64,000 bases of DNA from a bacterium (GCA_963674965.2 CAXXFL010000006.1:192001-256000), one strand, 5' to 3'. Counted from the stretch's first letter, positions 10,601 through 19,754 are shown. Program-made: numbers and translations. The notes: generated from the letters alone by a model not told the origin.

Positions 10601-10966
10601 TCAGTCTTCCAGGAATTCCCGCATTTTGGACATGAGCCTCTTGAAATCCACGGGCTTGGTGTCGTAGTCGTCGGCCCCGGCCTGGAGGGCCCTTTCGCGG
10701 TCCCCGGCCATGGCGTGGGCGGTAAGGGCGATGATGGGGATGGAACTGGTGGTCTCGTCGGCCTTGATCCTTTTGGTGGCCTCCCATCCGTCTATCTCGG
10801 GAAGGCTGAGGTCCATAAGGATCAGGTCCGGCTTTTCCGAGCCGGCCTTCTCGATGCCCTCCCTGCCGTCCGCGGCGCAGACCACCTCAAAGTTCTTACG
10901 GGTCAGGCGCCTCGAGAGCATGTCCCGGTTCATTTCATTGTCTTCAACGATAAGGATTTTTGTCAT
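10601..10966 (-). CDS. Single-domain response regulator (DivK/CheY-like)
   Basis: 121 aa; [30 protein letters not shown]. Confidence 0.93.
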   Translation of the reverse strand: MTKILIVEDNEMNRDMLSRRLTRKNFEVVCAADGREGIEKAGSEKPDLILMDLSLPEIDGWEATKRIKADETTSSIPIIALTAHAMAGDRERALQAGADDYDTKPVDFKRLMSKMREFLED

Positions 10967-10988
10967 GAGCTATACCTCCAGGTTGACG

Positions 10989-13109
10989 TCACTTAAGATG
11001 GGCGTAATCCCTTACCATTGCCTTCACTTCCCGCAGGAGATCATCCCGGCTGTAGGCCCCCTTCTGGATGATCTTCTTGACCCGGCCGTTCAAGAGGTCC
11101 CGCTCGTCGCCGGTGAGTTCCTTGGCCGTCACCACTATCACCGGTATCTCCTGCCAGCCGCGGTTTTTACGGAGTTCCTCCAGGAACTTGAAGCCGTCCA
11201 TCACCGGCATCATCAGGTCAAGAAGGATTACGTCGGGCGCGTCCTTTTCGATGAGCTCGAGCGCGACCTGGCCGTTCTCGGCCGTGTCAACGTCCCACCC
11301 GGCCTTCTCGATCATCCGGGCCATCATCTCGGCGGTGTCCTTGTCGTCCTCCACCACCAGGGCGAAGCCCTCCATGCCCGCCTTCTTGTACTTGGCCAGG
11401 TTGGCCAGCAGCCTTTCCTTGTCAACGGGCTTGACCATGTAGTCGGCCGCCCCCAGGGTGAAGCCCAGGTTCTGGTCGTCGATGATGGTCACCATGATGA
11501 CCGGGATGTCGGCTATCTCGGGGTCGGACTTGATGATCCGAAGGGCGGCCCAGCCGTCCATTTTCGGCATCATCACGTCCAGGGTGATGACCGTGGGCTT
11601 TATCTTTTTCGCCAGCTCGATGCCGCGCTCCGCGCCGCCCGCCGTGACCACCTCGAAGCCGTCCTTGGTAAGGTGTCTCTTCATGATGTCGTGAATGATG
11701 GGGTCGTCGTCTATGACCAGAACGACGTTTTCCCCCCTCGTCACGGGTTCCCTCTCGACCAGCACGGGCCGGGCCGGCTGGGCGGTCTTGCCCGCCTCGG
11801 CGTCGGCCTCCATGCGGGCCGGTATCTTCACGGTAAAGGTCGTGCCCTTGCCCTCCTCGCTCTCGACGTAAATGTCTCCTCCCATCATCTCGCAGAAGCG
11901 CTTGGTGATGGTCAGGCCCAGGCCGGTGCCGCCGAACTTCTTGGTGGTGGAGGCGTCGGCCTGAGTAAAGGGCTCGAATATCTTTTTCACCTGTTCTTCC
12001 GTCATGCCGATGCCGGTGTCGGTCACGCCAAGATAGGCCCATTCGACCTTGTCGTCCGACTCTTTCTTGACCTTCAAGGTGATCTTGCCGTTCTCGGTGA
12101 ACTTGGCCGCGTTGCTGATAAGGTTGAAAAGTACCTGCCTGACGCGGGTCATGTCCGCGGTTATGGTCCCCAGATCGTCGGGGCATTCCAGCGCCATCTC
12201 GTTGTAATTTTTCTCGACCAGGGGATGGGCCGTGGCCACGACCTCCTTGACCAGCTTGGGCAGGTCGAACTCCTCGATGAGCATCTCCATCCTGCCCGCC
12301 TCGATCTTGGAAAGGTCCAGGATGTCGTTTATTAGCGAGAGAAGGTGTTTTCCCGCGGCGTTGATCTTTTGCAGGTCGGGGATAAAGTCGTCCAGATCGA
12401 GGTCCTCGGCCTCCTCCTCGAGCATCTCGGAGTAGCCGATAATAGCGTTAAGGGGGGTCCTGAGCTCGTGGCTCATGTTGGCCAGAAAGGTGCTCTTGGC
12501 GCGGTTGGCGTTCTCGGCGGCGCGCATGGCGGCCTTGATTTCCTGTTCCGCCTTTTTACGCTGGGTGATGTCGATGGCGGCGCAAAGGAACCCGGTCACG
12601 GCCTTGCCCGCGCCGTAAAGGGCGGTGACGGAGAGGGAAACGGGAAACCTGGTCCCGTCCTTTTTGACGTAGGTCCATTCCCTTTCCTCGGCCATTTTCT
12701 GGCGGGCGTACTCGAGCAGGAGCTCGGGACCCTTGATCGGTTTGCCCACCCTCTCGCTCATCTCCCGGCATCTTTCCTCCAACTCCAGCCCGTGATGGAA
12801 ATCGGAGGGACGCTTGCCGTTCATGGCCTCCTCGGCGGAATAGCCCAGCATCCTTTCCGCCCCCCGGTTGAAGACCATGATTTTTCCGCTCGCGTCGGCG
12901 GCGATGATGGAAATCCTGGAGGCCGCGTTAAGCACGGCCTCCTGGAGCGCGCTCGACTCCTGAATCCTTTCCAGAAGGGTGACCGTTTCCTGGAACTGGT
13001 TGGTCACCAGGTCGGCCGTGATCTCGGCCGATTCCCGGGCCACTCTCACCTCGTTCCTTAGGACGGCGTTCTCCTCGACAAGTTGCTCCAAGTTCAAATG
13101 GCTGATCAT
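10989..13109 (-). CDS. Cytoplasmic PAS hybrid histidine kinase with two receiver domains, coupled to the hydrogenase genes
   Basis: N-terminal coiled coil, PAS/PAC (FNRGAERMLGYS...KKDGTRFPV), H-box FLANMSHELRTPLN, NLISNAAKFT, FGGTGLGL, two intact REC domains; 4-nt overlap with the upstream protease gene; no TM segment. Confidence 0.95.
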   Translation of the reverse strand: MISHLNLEQLVEENAVLRNEVRVARESAEITADLVTNQFQETVTLLERIQESSALQEAVLNAASRISIIAADASGKIMVFNRGAERMLGYSAEEAMNGKRPSDFHHGLELEERCREMSERVGKPIKGPELLLEYARQKMAEEREWTYVKKDGTRFPVSLSVTALYGAGKAVTGFLCAAIDITQRKKAEQEIKAAMRAAENANRAKSTFLANMSHELRTPLNAIIGYSEMLEEEAEDLDLDDFIPDLQKINAAGKHLLSLINDILDLSKIEAGRMEMLIEEFDLPKLVKEVVATAHPLVEKNYNEMALECPDDLGTITADMTRVRQVLFNLISNAAKFTENGKITLKVKKESDDKVEWAYLGVTDTGIGMTEEQVKKIFEPFTQADASTTKKFGGTGLGLTITKRFCEMMGGDIYVESEEGKGTTFTVKIPARMEADAEAGKTAQPARPVLVEREPVTRGENVVLVIDDDPIIHDIMKRHLTKDGFEVVTAGGAERGIELAKKIKPTVITLDVMMPKMDGWAALRIIKSDPEIADIPVIMVTIIDDQNLGFTLGAADYMVKPVDKERLLANLAKYKKAGMEGFALVVEDDKDTAEMMARMIEKAGWDVDTAENGQVALELIEKDAPDVILLDLMMPVMDGFKFLEELRKNRGWQEIPVIVVTAKELTGDERDLLNGRVKKIIQKGAYSRDDLLREVKAMVRDYAHLK

Positions 13110-13573
13110 CTTGGTCCCACCTCGACGTGTTTTTGGTTTGGTTTCTTCACGATCCCGCTCACGGCGGCCGCCAGGGCCGACCGTGCCAGGGACCTGGCCT
13201 TGTCCTGGTCGGCCGGTCCCTCCAGCCCGACCAGGACCAGCTCGGGCAAAGGTCCGTCCACCACCCGGGGAAGAACTTTCAACAAATAGGCCAGTCCGCC
13301 CCCGTGTCCATAGGCGGCGTCCACTCCGCCCGCGGCGGCCAGGGCGTCCATGACCACTTGCCCGCCCTCATCCGTAAAGCCCTTGACCGAGTCGACGAAC
13401 ACGACGCGGTCCGCGCTCTCGACCATGGGAAGAAGGTCGATGCCCGCCAGTCCGCCCTCGATCACCTCGACGCCGGGGGGGATTTCCATCCCGGCCAGGG
13501 CCTCGAGGGCCAAGGGACCGGCCGAGTCTTCCTGGGCGTAGCGGTTGCCCACGCATATAACGCGAGAGATCAT
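13106..13573 (-). CDS. Hydrogenase maturation endopeptidase (HyaD/HybD-like)
   Basis: GNRYAQEDSAG, IEGG, VVFVDS, YGH motifs; ATGA overlap with the large subunit gene. Confidence 0.88.
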   Translation of the reverse strand: MISRVICVGNRYAQEDSAGPLALEALAGMEIPPGVEVIEGGLAGIDLLPMVESADRVVFVDSVKGFTDEGGQVVMDALAAAGGVDAAYGHGGGLAYLLKVLPRVVDGPLPELVLVGLEGPADQDKARSLARSALAAAVSGIVKKPNQKHVEVGPR

Positions 13574-15105
13574 AGGATCATCTTGCCCCTGGTTTTTCCC
13601 CTCTCCAGGGTATGCACGCAGCAGACCATGCAGGAGTCGAAGGACCTGATGACGTGTCCCACCTCGACGGGGTTGTCCACGTCCTTCACGCTCGCGCCGA
13701 TAAGGCTTTCCTCCCAGGGGCCCCGGACTTCGCCCTCGTCGCGGGGAGAGGCGTTCCAGGCCGTGGGAGTAATGATCTGGTAATGGCTGATTTGCCCGTC
13801 ACTGATTTTCACCCAGTGGCCGAGGGCCCCCCGCGCCGCCTCCACCAGCCCGAACCCCTGTCCGTCGGATATCTTGCCGGGATGAGAGTAAAAACCCTCG
13901 CCGTCGGTCTTGACCTCCGCGAGCCAGGCGTCGACGGCCGGTATTAAAAGAGAGGGCCTCACCAGCCGGGCCAGCTCGCGGGCGAACACGCTGGGGCCTT
14001 CCTTTTTGATTATGTCCGAGAAAAGAGGGTTTTCCGCGATCACGGCCTCGGCCAGGGGACCGGTCTCGGCGGGCCGGCCCTCGTAGCGGGGGGCCTTTGC
14101 CCAGGAGTACCTTTGCCCCTCGTGGCCCGAGGCATAGGGCTTGGTGTCCTCGTCAAAGGGGTGGTTGGCCTTCAGGGCTTCCTCGAACCAGGAATGGGTC
14201 ACGTCCTCGGTGACCTTGGACTGGTCGAACCAGCCGGGCCGGCTTCCCTCCGAGTAGCCCGCGGGAATAAAGGACGTGCCCTTGCCCATGGCCGCCACCG
14301 AGGTGTTGCGGGGCATCTCGAGACCGCCGAAGCTGATATAGTTGTTGTGGCCCCGGCCGATCTCGCTTAGTCCGGCCTCACGACAAAAGCGGATGAAAAA
14401 GCCCAGGTCCCCGTTCTTATGTTCCTCTTTCTCCTCGAGCCAGGCCGAAAGGTCGGCTAGACTTCGGACCTCGGACCACCGCTCGATCGTGCATCCCAGG
14501 ACCGAGCGCTCGAAATATTTGCGGAACCCCCGGAGGACGGAGCGGCACTGCAGCAGGTCTCCGGCGTTGGGCAGGGATACGATGCCGCCGGGGACCATGA
14601 AGGAGGTGTGGGGCCATTGTCCTCCTAATATGGCGATGATCTCGAGGAGCTTTTTCGATTCCTTGATGGCCTCGATCACCTTGGTCCCTTTAAAAGGCGC
14701 ATACTTGGCGACGGCCTCCTGGAAAAGGGAGAGCTTCTCGTAGGACTGGTTGGTGAAGTCGGCGAAGAACATAAGGATGCCATGCCTTATGTCGCTTTGC
14801 ATGTCCTCGCACATGAGGGCCACGTTCCGGACGCGGGTGGCGTTGTCCGGCGGCTGTATGCCCGCTATCATCTCGAGGGCCTGGGCCGCGGCGGTCAGGT
14901 GGCAGACGTTGCACAGTCCGCAGATTCGGGGCGTTATCACCAAGCCGTCCAGGGCCCCTCGTCCCTTCAGTATCTGCTCGAAGCCCCTGAACATGGTGCC
15001 CGAACTCCAGGAGTTCGTGACTATTCCGTCGGTTATTTCAACCTTTATTTCAAGGTCTCCCTCCACCCGGTTGAGCGGTATGGAACGTATGGTTTTGCTT
15101 GCCAT
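13570..15105 (-). CDS. [NiFe]-hydrogenase large subunit, group 2 type (putative sensory)
   Basis: NRVEGDL, MFRGFE, L1 motif TPRICGLCNVCHL, YSWAKAPRY, EAARGALGHW, PTAWN, L2 motif RSFDSCMVCCVH followed by a 13-aa extension. Confidence 0.95.
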   Translation of the reverse strand: MASKTIRSIPLNRVEGDLEIKVEITDGIVTNSWSSGTMFRGFEQILKGRGALDGLVITPRICGLCNVCHLTAAAQALEMIAGIQPPDNATRVRNVALMCEDMQSDIRHGILMFFADFTNQSYEKLSLFQEAVAKYAPFKGTKVIEAIKESKKLLEIIAILGGQWPHTSFMVPGGIVSLPNAGDLLQCRSVLRGFRKYFERSVLGCTIERWSEVRSLADLSAWLEEKEEHKNGDLGFFIRFCREAGLSEIGRGHNNYISFGGLEMPRNTSVAAMGKGTSFIPAGYSEGSRPGWFDQSKVTEDVTHSWFEEALKANHPFDEDTKPYASGHEGQRYSWAKAPRYEGRPAETGPLAEAVIAENPLFSDIIKKEGPSVFARELARLVRPSLLIPAVDAWLAEVKTDGEGFYSHPGKISDGQGFGLVEAARGALGHWVKISDGQISHYQIITPTAWNASPRDEGEVRGPWEESLIGASVKDVDNPVEVGHVIRSFDSCMVCCVHTLERGKTRGKMIL

Positions 15106-15135
15106 TTGTATCTCCTTTGGCGGGACTTGGCGGGC

Positions 15136-16074
15136 CTAGATTTTCGTTTTGCGCTTTTTGAGTCTTTCCGGCGAGGCCGCGGCGGCCATGCTTTTGTAGG
15201 CCATGTAATGAGCGCGGTTCAGGCCCTCCGGAAGCTCGATGGGTATGCCCTCGATGTTGCGGGTCTCGAAGAACGGATAGGACTGGGGGAAGTCAGGGTT
15301 GGTGCAGCCGAAGCAGGGCACGCCCACCCGGGTCTTGCTCGAGCGGCGGTTCCACAGGAACTTGTTGCAGGGACCGTGGGCCAATGGGCCGTGGCATCCC
15401 ATATAGAAAAACAGGCAGCCCTTTTCGCCGAAGATTTTCTCCTCGATGCGATACTCGTGGTATTCGTTCCTGGTGCATCCCTGATGGACCATCATGCCGT
15501 ACCATTGCTCGGGGCGGTTGTACTCGTCAAGATCGAGCTTGACCCCGTTGGCCAGGGCGGTCAATGTTCCTCTGACCGCCTCGGGATGGACCGGACATCC
15601 GGGAAGGTTTATTACCGGTAGCCCGGCGGCGGAAACGAAATCGGAGCCCAGAAAACCTCCCTTTTCCTTTTTCAAAAACTGAAGGCCCGTGGCCTCGATC
15701 TCGCCGTCGGCCCCCACTCCTCCAAAAGCGGCGCAAGTGCCCATGGCGATTATAAATTTTGCTTTGTGACACAAGGCCGAAATCAAGTCCTTTTTCGGAC
15801 GGCCCTCGACGGTGTCGAACATTCCCGTGCCTCCGGGGCCACGGATTACCGATCCCTCCATCACCAGGATATCAAGGGGCGTTTCGCCGGAGATGATCTT
15901 CTCGTTCTGGCGGCGGTACTCCCGGATATTCTGCGGCGAGAGAGAAGGGTGCCATATCACCTGGACGTCCAACTCCTCCAAAAGCTCGGGAAGGTCGGGA
16001 GATTCCATGTTCAGGACCGACATGGAGTCGCCGTCGCACCCTCCTCCTACTATACAGTAAAGACTTAAAGACAT
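15136..16074 (-). CDS. [NiFe]-hydrogenase small subunit, cytoplasmic (no Tat signal, no TM anchor)
   Basis: GGCDGDSMS, WHPSLS, GTCAAFGG, NLPGCPVHP, HQGCTRNEY, GCLFFYMGCHGP, SSKTRVGVPCFGC. Confidence 0.93.
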   Translation of the reverse strand: MSLSLYCIVGGGCDGDSMSVLNMESPDLPELLEELDVQVIWHPSLSPQNIREYRRQNEKIISGETPLDILVMEGSVIRGPGGTGMFDTVEGRPKKDLISALCHKAKFIIAMGTCAAFGGVGADGEIEATGLQFLKKEKGGFLGSDFVSAAGLPVINLPGCPVHPEAVRGTLTALANGVKLDLDEYNRPEQWYGMMVHQGCTRNEYHEYRIEEKIFGEKGCLFFYMGCHGPLAHGPCNKFLWNRRSSKTRVGVPCFGCTNPDFPQSYPFFETRNIEGIPIELPEGLNRAHYMAYKSMAAAASPERLKKRKTKI

Positions 16075-16177
16075 TCGCTTTCCTCCGTGAAAGGGACGGA
16101 TTATTTAAAGCGTGGGTAAGAAAGTAATAGAAAGGACAAAAGGCATTTATAAACCTACGCTTTGATACAGGATAAGG

Positions 16178-16206
16178 AAGTTAGCACATGAAAATGCAAA
16201 ATTCAA
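16178..16206 (-). promoter_or_regulatory. Putative sigma70 promoter of the hydrogenase-signalling operon
   Basis: Minus strand TTGAAT-N17-TAACTT with an extended -10 TG, in the AT-rich gap about 100 nt upstream of the small subunit start. Confidence 0.45.
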
Positions 16207-16230
16207 TCCAAATTTTCTAAAGCAAACGAC

Positions 16231-17241
16231 CTAACAAACGCGAGGCAGAAGGCGTCCGGAGGGCATGTCCAGGACCCTTGTTCCCCCCACTTTGGTACGC
16301 AATACCACCATGCCGGCGGGGGAGTCTTTTACCGTTCCGATTATGGCGGCGTTCTTGCCAAGTTCCGCTGAACGCATGGCCGCCAGGGCGTCATGGGCTT
16401 TCTCCTTTTTAACGAAGGCCACCAGTTTTCCCTCGCAGGCCAGAAAGAACGGGTCCAGGCCCAAAAGTTCGCAAAGCCCCGCGACTTCCTTTTTTATGGG
16501 GACCGAGGCTTCCTCGATCTCGACGCTCGTTCCCGATTGCGTCGCGATCTCGTTCAAGGTCGCCGCCAGTCCTCCCCGCGTGGGATCGCGGAAACAGGCC
16601 GCAGCCCCGGGGCACGCGGCCAGGACGCCCTGAACAAGGCCGCCGAGAGGAGCGCAGTCGCTTTTGAGATCAGTCGCCTTGGTAAGATTTTCCCTGGCGT
16701 TCAAGATGGCGATCTCGTGATCGCCCACCGTCCCACTAACCAGGACCGCCATGCCCGGCTTTGCCCTGGACCCGGAAAGCTCGATCCCCTCCTCGATTAT
16801 CCCCACTCCGCTCGTGGTGATATATATCTCGTCCACGGCGCCTTTCTCGGCCACCTTGGTGTCGCCCGTTACCACCTCGACCCCCGCGTCATTGGCCGTC
16901 TTTGCGATCGAGCGGCATATCTTTTCCAGGACCTCGATCTCGAGTCCCTCCTCGAGGAGAAAGGAGACGCTTAACCAGCGAGGCTTCGCCCCCACCATGG
17001 CCAGGTCGTTGGCCGTGCCGCAGACGGCGAGCTTTCCGAGGTCTCCGCCCGGGAAAAAGATTGGCTTCACCATGAAGGAGTCGGTCGAGAAAGCCAGACG
17101 GCCGGACTCGACCCGGATCACGGCCGAGTCGTCGCTCGATCCCCTCGCCCTGGGCGCGAAGCTGCCTCCAAATACCTCGCGGATAAGGGCGTGCATCTCG
17201 AGCCCTCCCGCGCCGTGTCCCAGTCCTATTTTATTCTTCAC
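16231..17241 (-). CDS. hypE: Hydrogenase maturation carbamoyl dehydratase HypE
   Basis: GTG start overlapping the hypD stop (GTGA); LGHGAGG, FSTDSFMVKPIFFPGGDLGKLAVCGTAND, GDTKV, RDPTRGG, C-terminal LPRVC. Confidence 0.95.
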   Translation of the reverse strand: MKNKIGLGHGAGGLEMHALIREVFGGSFAPRARGSSDDSAVIRVESGRLAFSTDSFMVKPIFFPGGDLGKLAVCGTANDLAMVGAKPRWLSVSFLLEEGLEIEVLEKICRSIAKTANDAGVEVVTGDTKVAEKGAVDEIYITTSGVGIIEEGIELSGSRAKPGMAVLVSGTVGDHEIAILNARENLTKATDLKSDCAPLGGLVQGVLAACPGAAACFRDPTRGGLAATLNEIATQSGTSVEIEEASVPIKKEVAGLCELLGLDPFFLACEGKLVAFVKKEKAHDALAAMRSAELGKNAAIIGTVKDSPAGMVVLRTKVGGTRVLDMPSGRLLPRVC

Positions 17242-18317
17242 CTCTTCACTTCCCCGTATTTGTAATAGGCCCGGCAGGACCCTTCCGATGAAACCATGCA
17301 AGGACCGACGGGACCGACGGGAGAGCAGGCCTTGCCGAAGAGGGGGCAATCGGGAGGATCGATCAGGCCGCGCAGGACGTCGGCGCACCGGCAGCCGGGC
17401 GCGTCCCGGCCCTCGCTTTGAAATTCCACCTTTATCAAGGAGGCGTCCCGTTTTTGGAACGCTGGACGAAAGCCGAGGCCGCTGTCCGGTATCTCGCCCA
17501 GCCCCCGCCACAAAGAGGAAACCGGCTCGAAAACCTGGTCGCGCGTCCGTATAGCCATCGGGTTTCCCTCTTGCCTGACCACGCCGCCGTACTCGTTCTC
17601 GATTCTCGCCACGCCCCTCGCGGCCAGCTCGATAACCCGAGCGAGGGCCCTCAATATGGCTCGCGCCTCGAAGCCGGCCACCACGCCCGCGAGACCGAAC
17701 TCCCGGGCGAGGAAGAAGAAAGGCTCGAGGCCGGTCACTGCGCTCACGTGTCCGGGCAAGAGGAACCCGTTTATGTTGGCCCCCCCGTCCTGGAGCAGAG
17801 CCCTCATGGCCGGGGCGATCAGCTTCATGGCGGGAAGGACCATGAAGTTGCCGATACCCCGCTTCTCCGCCTCGATGACGGCGGCGGCGATGGCGGGCTG
17901 AGTGGTCTCGAAGCCCACGCCGAAGAAAACGACCTTCTTGTCCGGATTTTCCAAAGCGACTTTCAGGCAGTCCCTCGGCGAGTAGACCACCTTGACTTTC
18001 GCGCCCATGGCGCCGGCTTTCTCGAGGCTCAGCCTGGAGCCCGGCACCCTGATCATGTCGCCGAAGGTGCAAAGGATAAGGTCGGGCAAGAGGGCCAGGG
18101 CGATGGCCATGTCCACCGTCTCGACGGGTGTGACGCAGACCGGGCACCCCGGTCCCGAGGCCAGGCGCAGCTTCGCGGGAAGGATCGACCTTATCCCTTC
18201 CCGGGCGATGGCCATGGTATGGGTACCGCATACCTCCATGACGGTGAGAGAGCGTCCGGCCAGGGCCGTCCCGATCTTTTCCCGCCATCCCTCGCCCTTT
18301 GGACCGCTATTATTCAC
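17238..18317 (-). CDS. hypD: Hydrogenase maturation protein HypD
   Basis: MEVCGTH, SGPGCPVCVT, GFETT, PGHVS, GPCMVSSEGSC motifs. Confidence 0.97.
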   Translation of the reverse strand: MNNSGPKGEGWREKIGTALAGRSLTVMEVCGTHTMAIAREGIRSILPAKLRLASGPGCPVCVTPVETVDMAIALALLPDLILCTFGDMIRVPGSRLSLEKAGAMGAKVKVVYSPRDCLKVALENPDKKVVFFGVGFETTQPAIAAAVIEAEKRGIGNFMVLPAMKLIAPAMRALLQDGGANINGFLLPGHVSAVTGLEPFFFLAREFGLAGVVAGFEARAILRALARVIELAARGVARIENEYGGVVRQEGNPMAIRTRDQVFEPVSSLWRGLGEIPDSGLGFRPAFQKRDASLIKVEFQSEGRDAPGCRCADVLRGLIDPPDCPLFGKACSPVGPVGPCMVSSEGSCRAYYKYGEVKR

Positions 18318-18531
18318 CCGCGTCCATCTCCCGGAAAAGCTCGAGCGATCTTTTGGCCTCCTCGGGGTCTATCACCTGGATCACGTAGCCCGCGTGAACC
18401 AGCACCCAGTCGCCCACCCCGGCGTCGGGCGTAAGGTCCAGGGCCACCTCCTTGGTCAGGCCGGACCAGGAGGCGACTCCCAGATTCTCTTCCCCTATCT
18501 CAACCAACTGGGCCGGTATGGCCAGACACAT
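18310..18531 (-). CDS. hypC: Hydrogenase chaperone HypC
   Basis: MCLAIPA N-terminus; VGDWVLVHAG. Confidence 0.97.
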   Translation of the reverse strand: MCLAIPAQLVEIGEENLGVASWSGLTKEVALDLTPDAGVGDWVLVHAGYVIQVIDPEEAKRSLELFREMDAGE

Positions 18532-19693
18532 TTTTATCTCCTTTTGCCAGACGGGCCGAGGCCGCGGCGGCCTGGCCGTAAGCCAGGAAGCCGTCGTGGG
18601 GCCGGGTCCTGTCGGCTTGGCATACCCGGAAAGAGGCGGACTCGAGCCTTTCCGCCGTCATGGGCGCGAGCGTCCGGTTCTGGAACACGCCCCCTGAAAG
18701 GACCGCTATCTTCACGTCCCTTTCGCGGGACACCTTTTCGCAAAGTTCGGCGGCGGCAAGGGCCAGGGCCAGGTGGAAACCCGCGGCCAGCTTACCGACG
18801 TCCGTCCCGTCCTCCAACGATGATACCATCCTTTTCACCGCCGGGAGAGGATCGAGTATCCATGATCCTCCCTCTTTTTTCACCTCCATCTCGAGGGGGA
18901 TGGGATCGCGATCTTTCGCGGCGGCTTCCAGGGTAATGGCCGCCCTGGCCGGCGCGTCGTTTACATCGCAAAGGCCGAGGAGGGACGAGACGCCGTCGAA
19001 GAGCCTTCCCGCGCTGGTGGTGGGCGGAGAGTTGACGCCCCTTTCCATGGCCCTTATCAGCACGCGCGTTTTTTCCATGTCATGACGTGAGGCGAAGCGA
19101 GCGGCGTGGCCGGGCCAGTCGTCCCCATAGGCCCGGTAGAGCAGGGACAGGGCCATGCGCCACGGGGCGAGGGCCGCCGCGTCTCCGCCCGGCTGGGCCA
19201 TGGGACGGAGATGACCGACCCTCTCGAAATCGGCCAGGTCTCCCAAAAGGAACTCTCCTCCCCAGAGGCCTCCGTCCGTTCCCATGCCCATGCCGTCGAA
19301 GATCACGCCGAGGCAGGTCTCGGTAATACCGTGCTCGGCCATGACCGAGGCCATGTGGGCGTGGTGATGCTGTATGGGAACGGGGATGAGACCGCTGGAC
19401 ATGGCCATCCGGCTCGAGGCGAAGTCCGGATGAAGGTCGCGGGCGCAGTAAAGCAAAGACGCGCCGGCGTTATGAACGACTCTTTCGATCGACTCCTCCA
19501 TCCGAACTCTTGCCGCCGGAGCGCCAAGGTCGTCGCCGAGCTCGAAGAGCCTTGCCTCGCCCCCCGCCGCCAGGCAAAAGCTCGAGTTCAGTTCCGCGCC
19601 GAAGGCAAGAAGCGGCGGCCCCGCGACGGGAAGGGCGAGTCTATATTCCAGTGGCGTTTCTTGGGGCCATTGATTTTTCATGCGCGTATTCAC
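18500..19693 (-). CDS. hypF: Short HypF (C-terminal Kae1-like carbamoyltransferase domain only)
   Basis: LAFGAELNSSF, DLHPDF, QHHHAH, FDGMGMGTDGGLWGGE, TTSAGRLFD, LSGGVFQN; only 397 aa, no acylphosphatase, Zn-finger or YrdC regions. Confidence 0.88.
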   Translation of the reverse strand: MNTRMKNQWPQETPLEYRLALPVAGPPLLAFGAELNSSFCLAAGGEARLFELGDDLGAPAARVRMEESIERVVHNAGASLLYCARDLHPDFASSRMAMSSGLIPVPIQHHHAHMASVMAEHGITETCLGVIFDGMGMGTDGGLWGGEFLLGDLADFERVGHLRPMAQPGGDAAALAPWRMALSLLYRAYGDDWPGHAARFASRHDMEKTRVLIRAMERGVNSPPTTSAGRLFDGVSSLLGLCDVNDAPARAAITLEAAAKDRDPIPLEMEVKKEGGSWILDPLPAVKRMVSSLEDGTDVGKLAAGFHLALALAAAELCEKVSRERDVKIAVLSGGVFQNRTLAPMTAERLESASFRVCQADRTRPHDGFLAYGQAAAASARLAKGDKNVSGHTGPVG

Positions 19694-19754
19694 CTTAATG
19701 GTTTAAGTTTAGTCTCGGGTTATGTCGCGGGCAAACGCGGCATAAAAAAAGGGC

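Noticed and set aside
10710-12335. Long antisense ORFs (also 7497-8837, 21776-23137, 23156-25090, 51378-53519)
   Set aside because: Shadow frames of well-supported genes in GC-rich DNA, with no recognisable motifs
13600-13650. Possible selenocysteine ([NiFeSe]) at the L2 motif
   Set aside because: The motif is encoded with ordinary Cys codons (DSCMVCC); there is no in-frame TGA
16181-16200. Sigma54-like TTAGCAC...TGCA upstream of the hydrogenase
   Set aside because: It lacks the invariant GG, has the wrong spacing and lies on the strand opposite to the operon
16231-18288. 685-aa ORF suggesting a long fusion to HypE
   Set aside because: The first half is an alternative frame overlapping hypD with low-complexity Arg/Gly sequence; the real hypE starts at GTG 17241, overlapping the hypD stop
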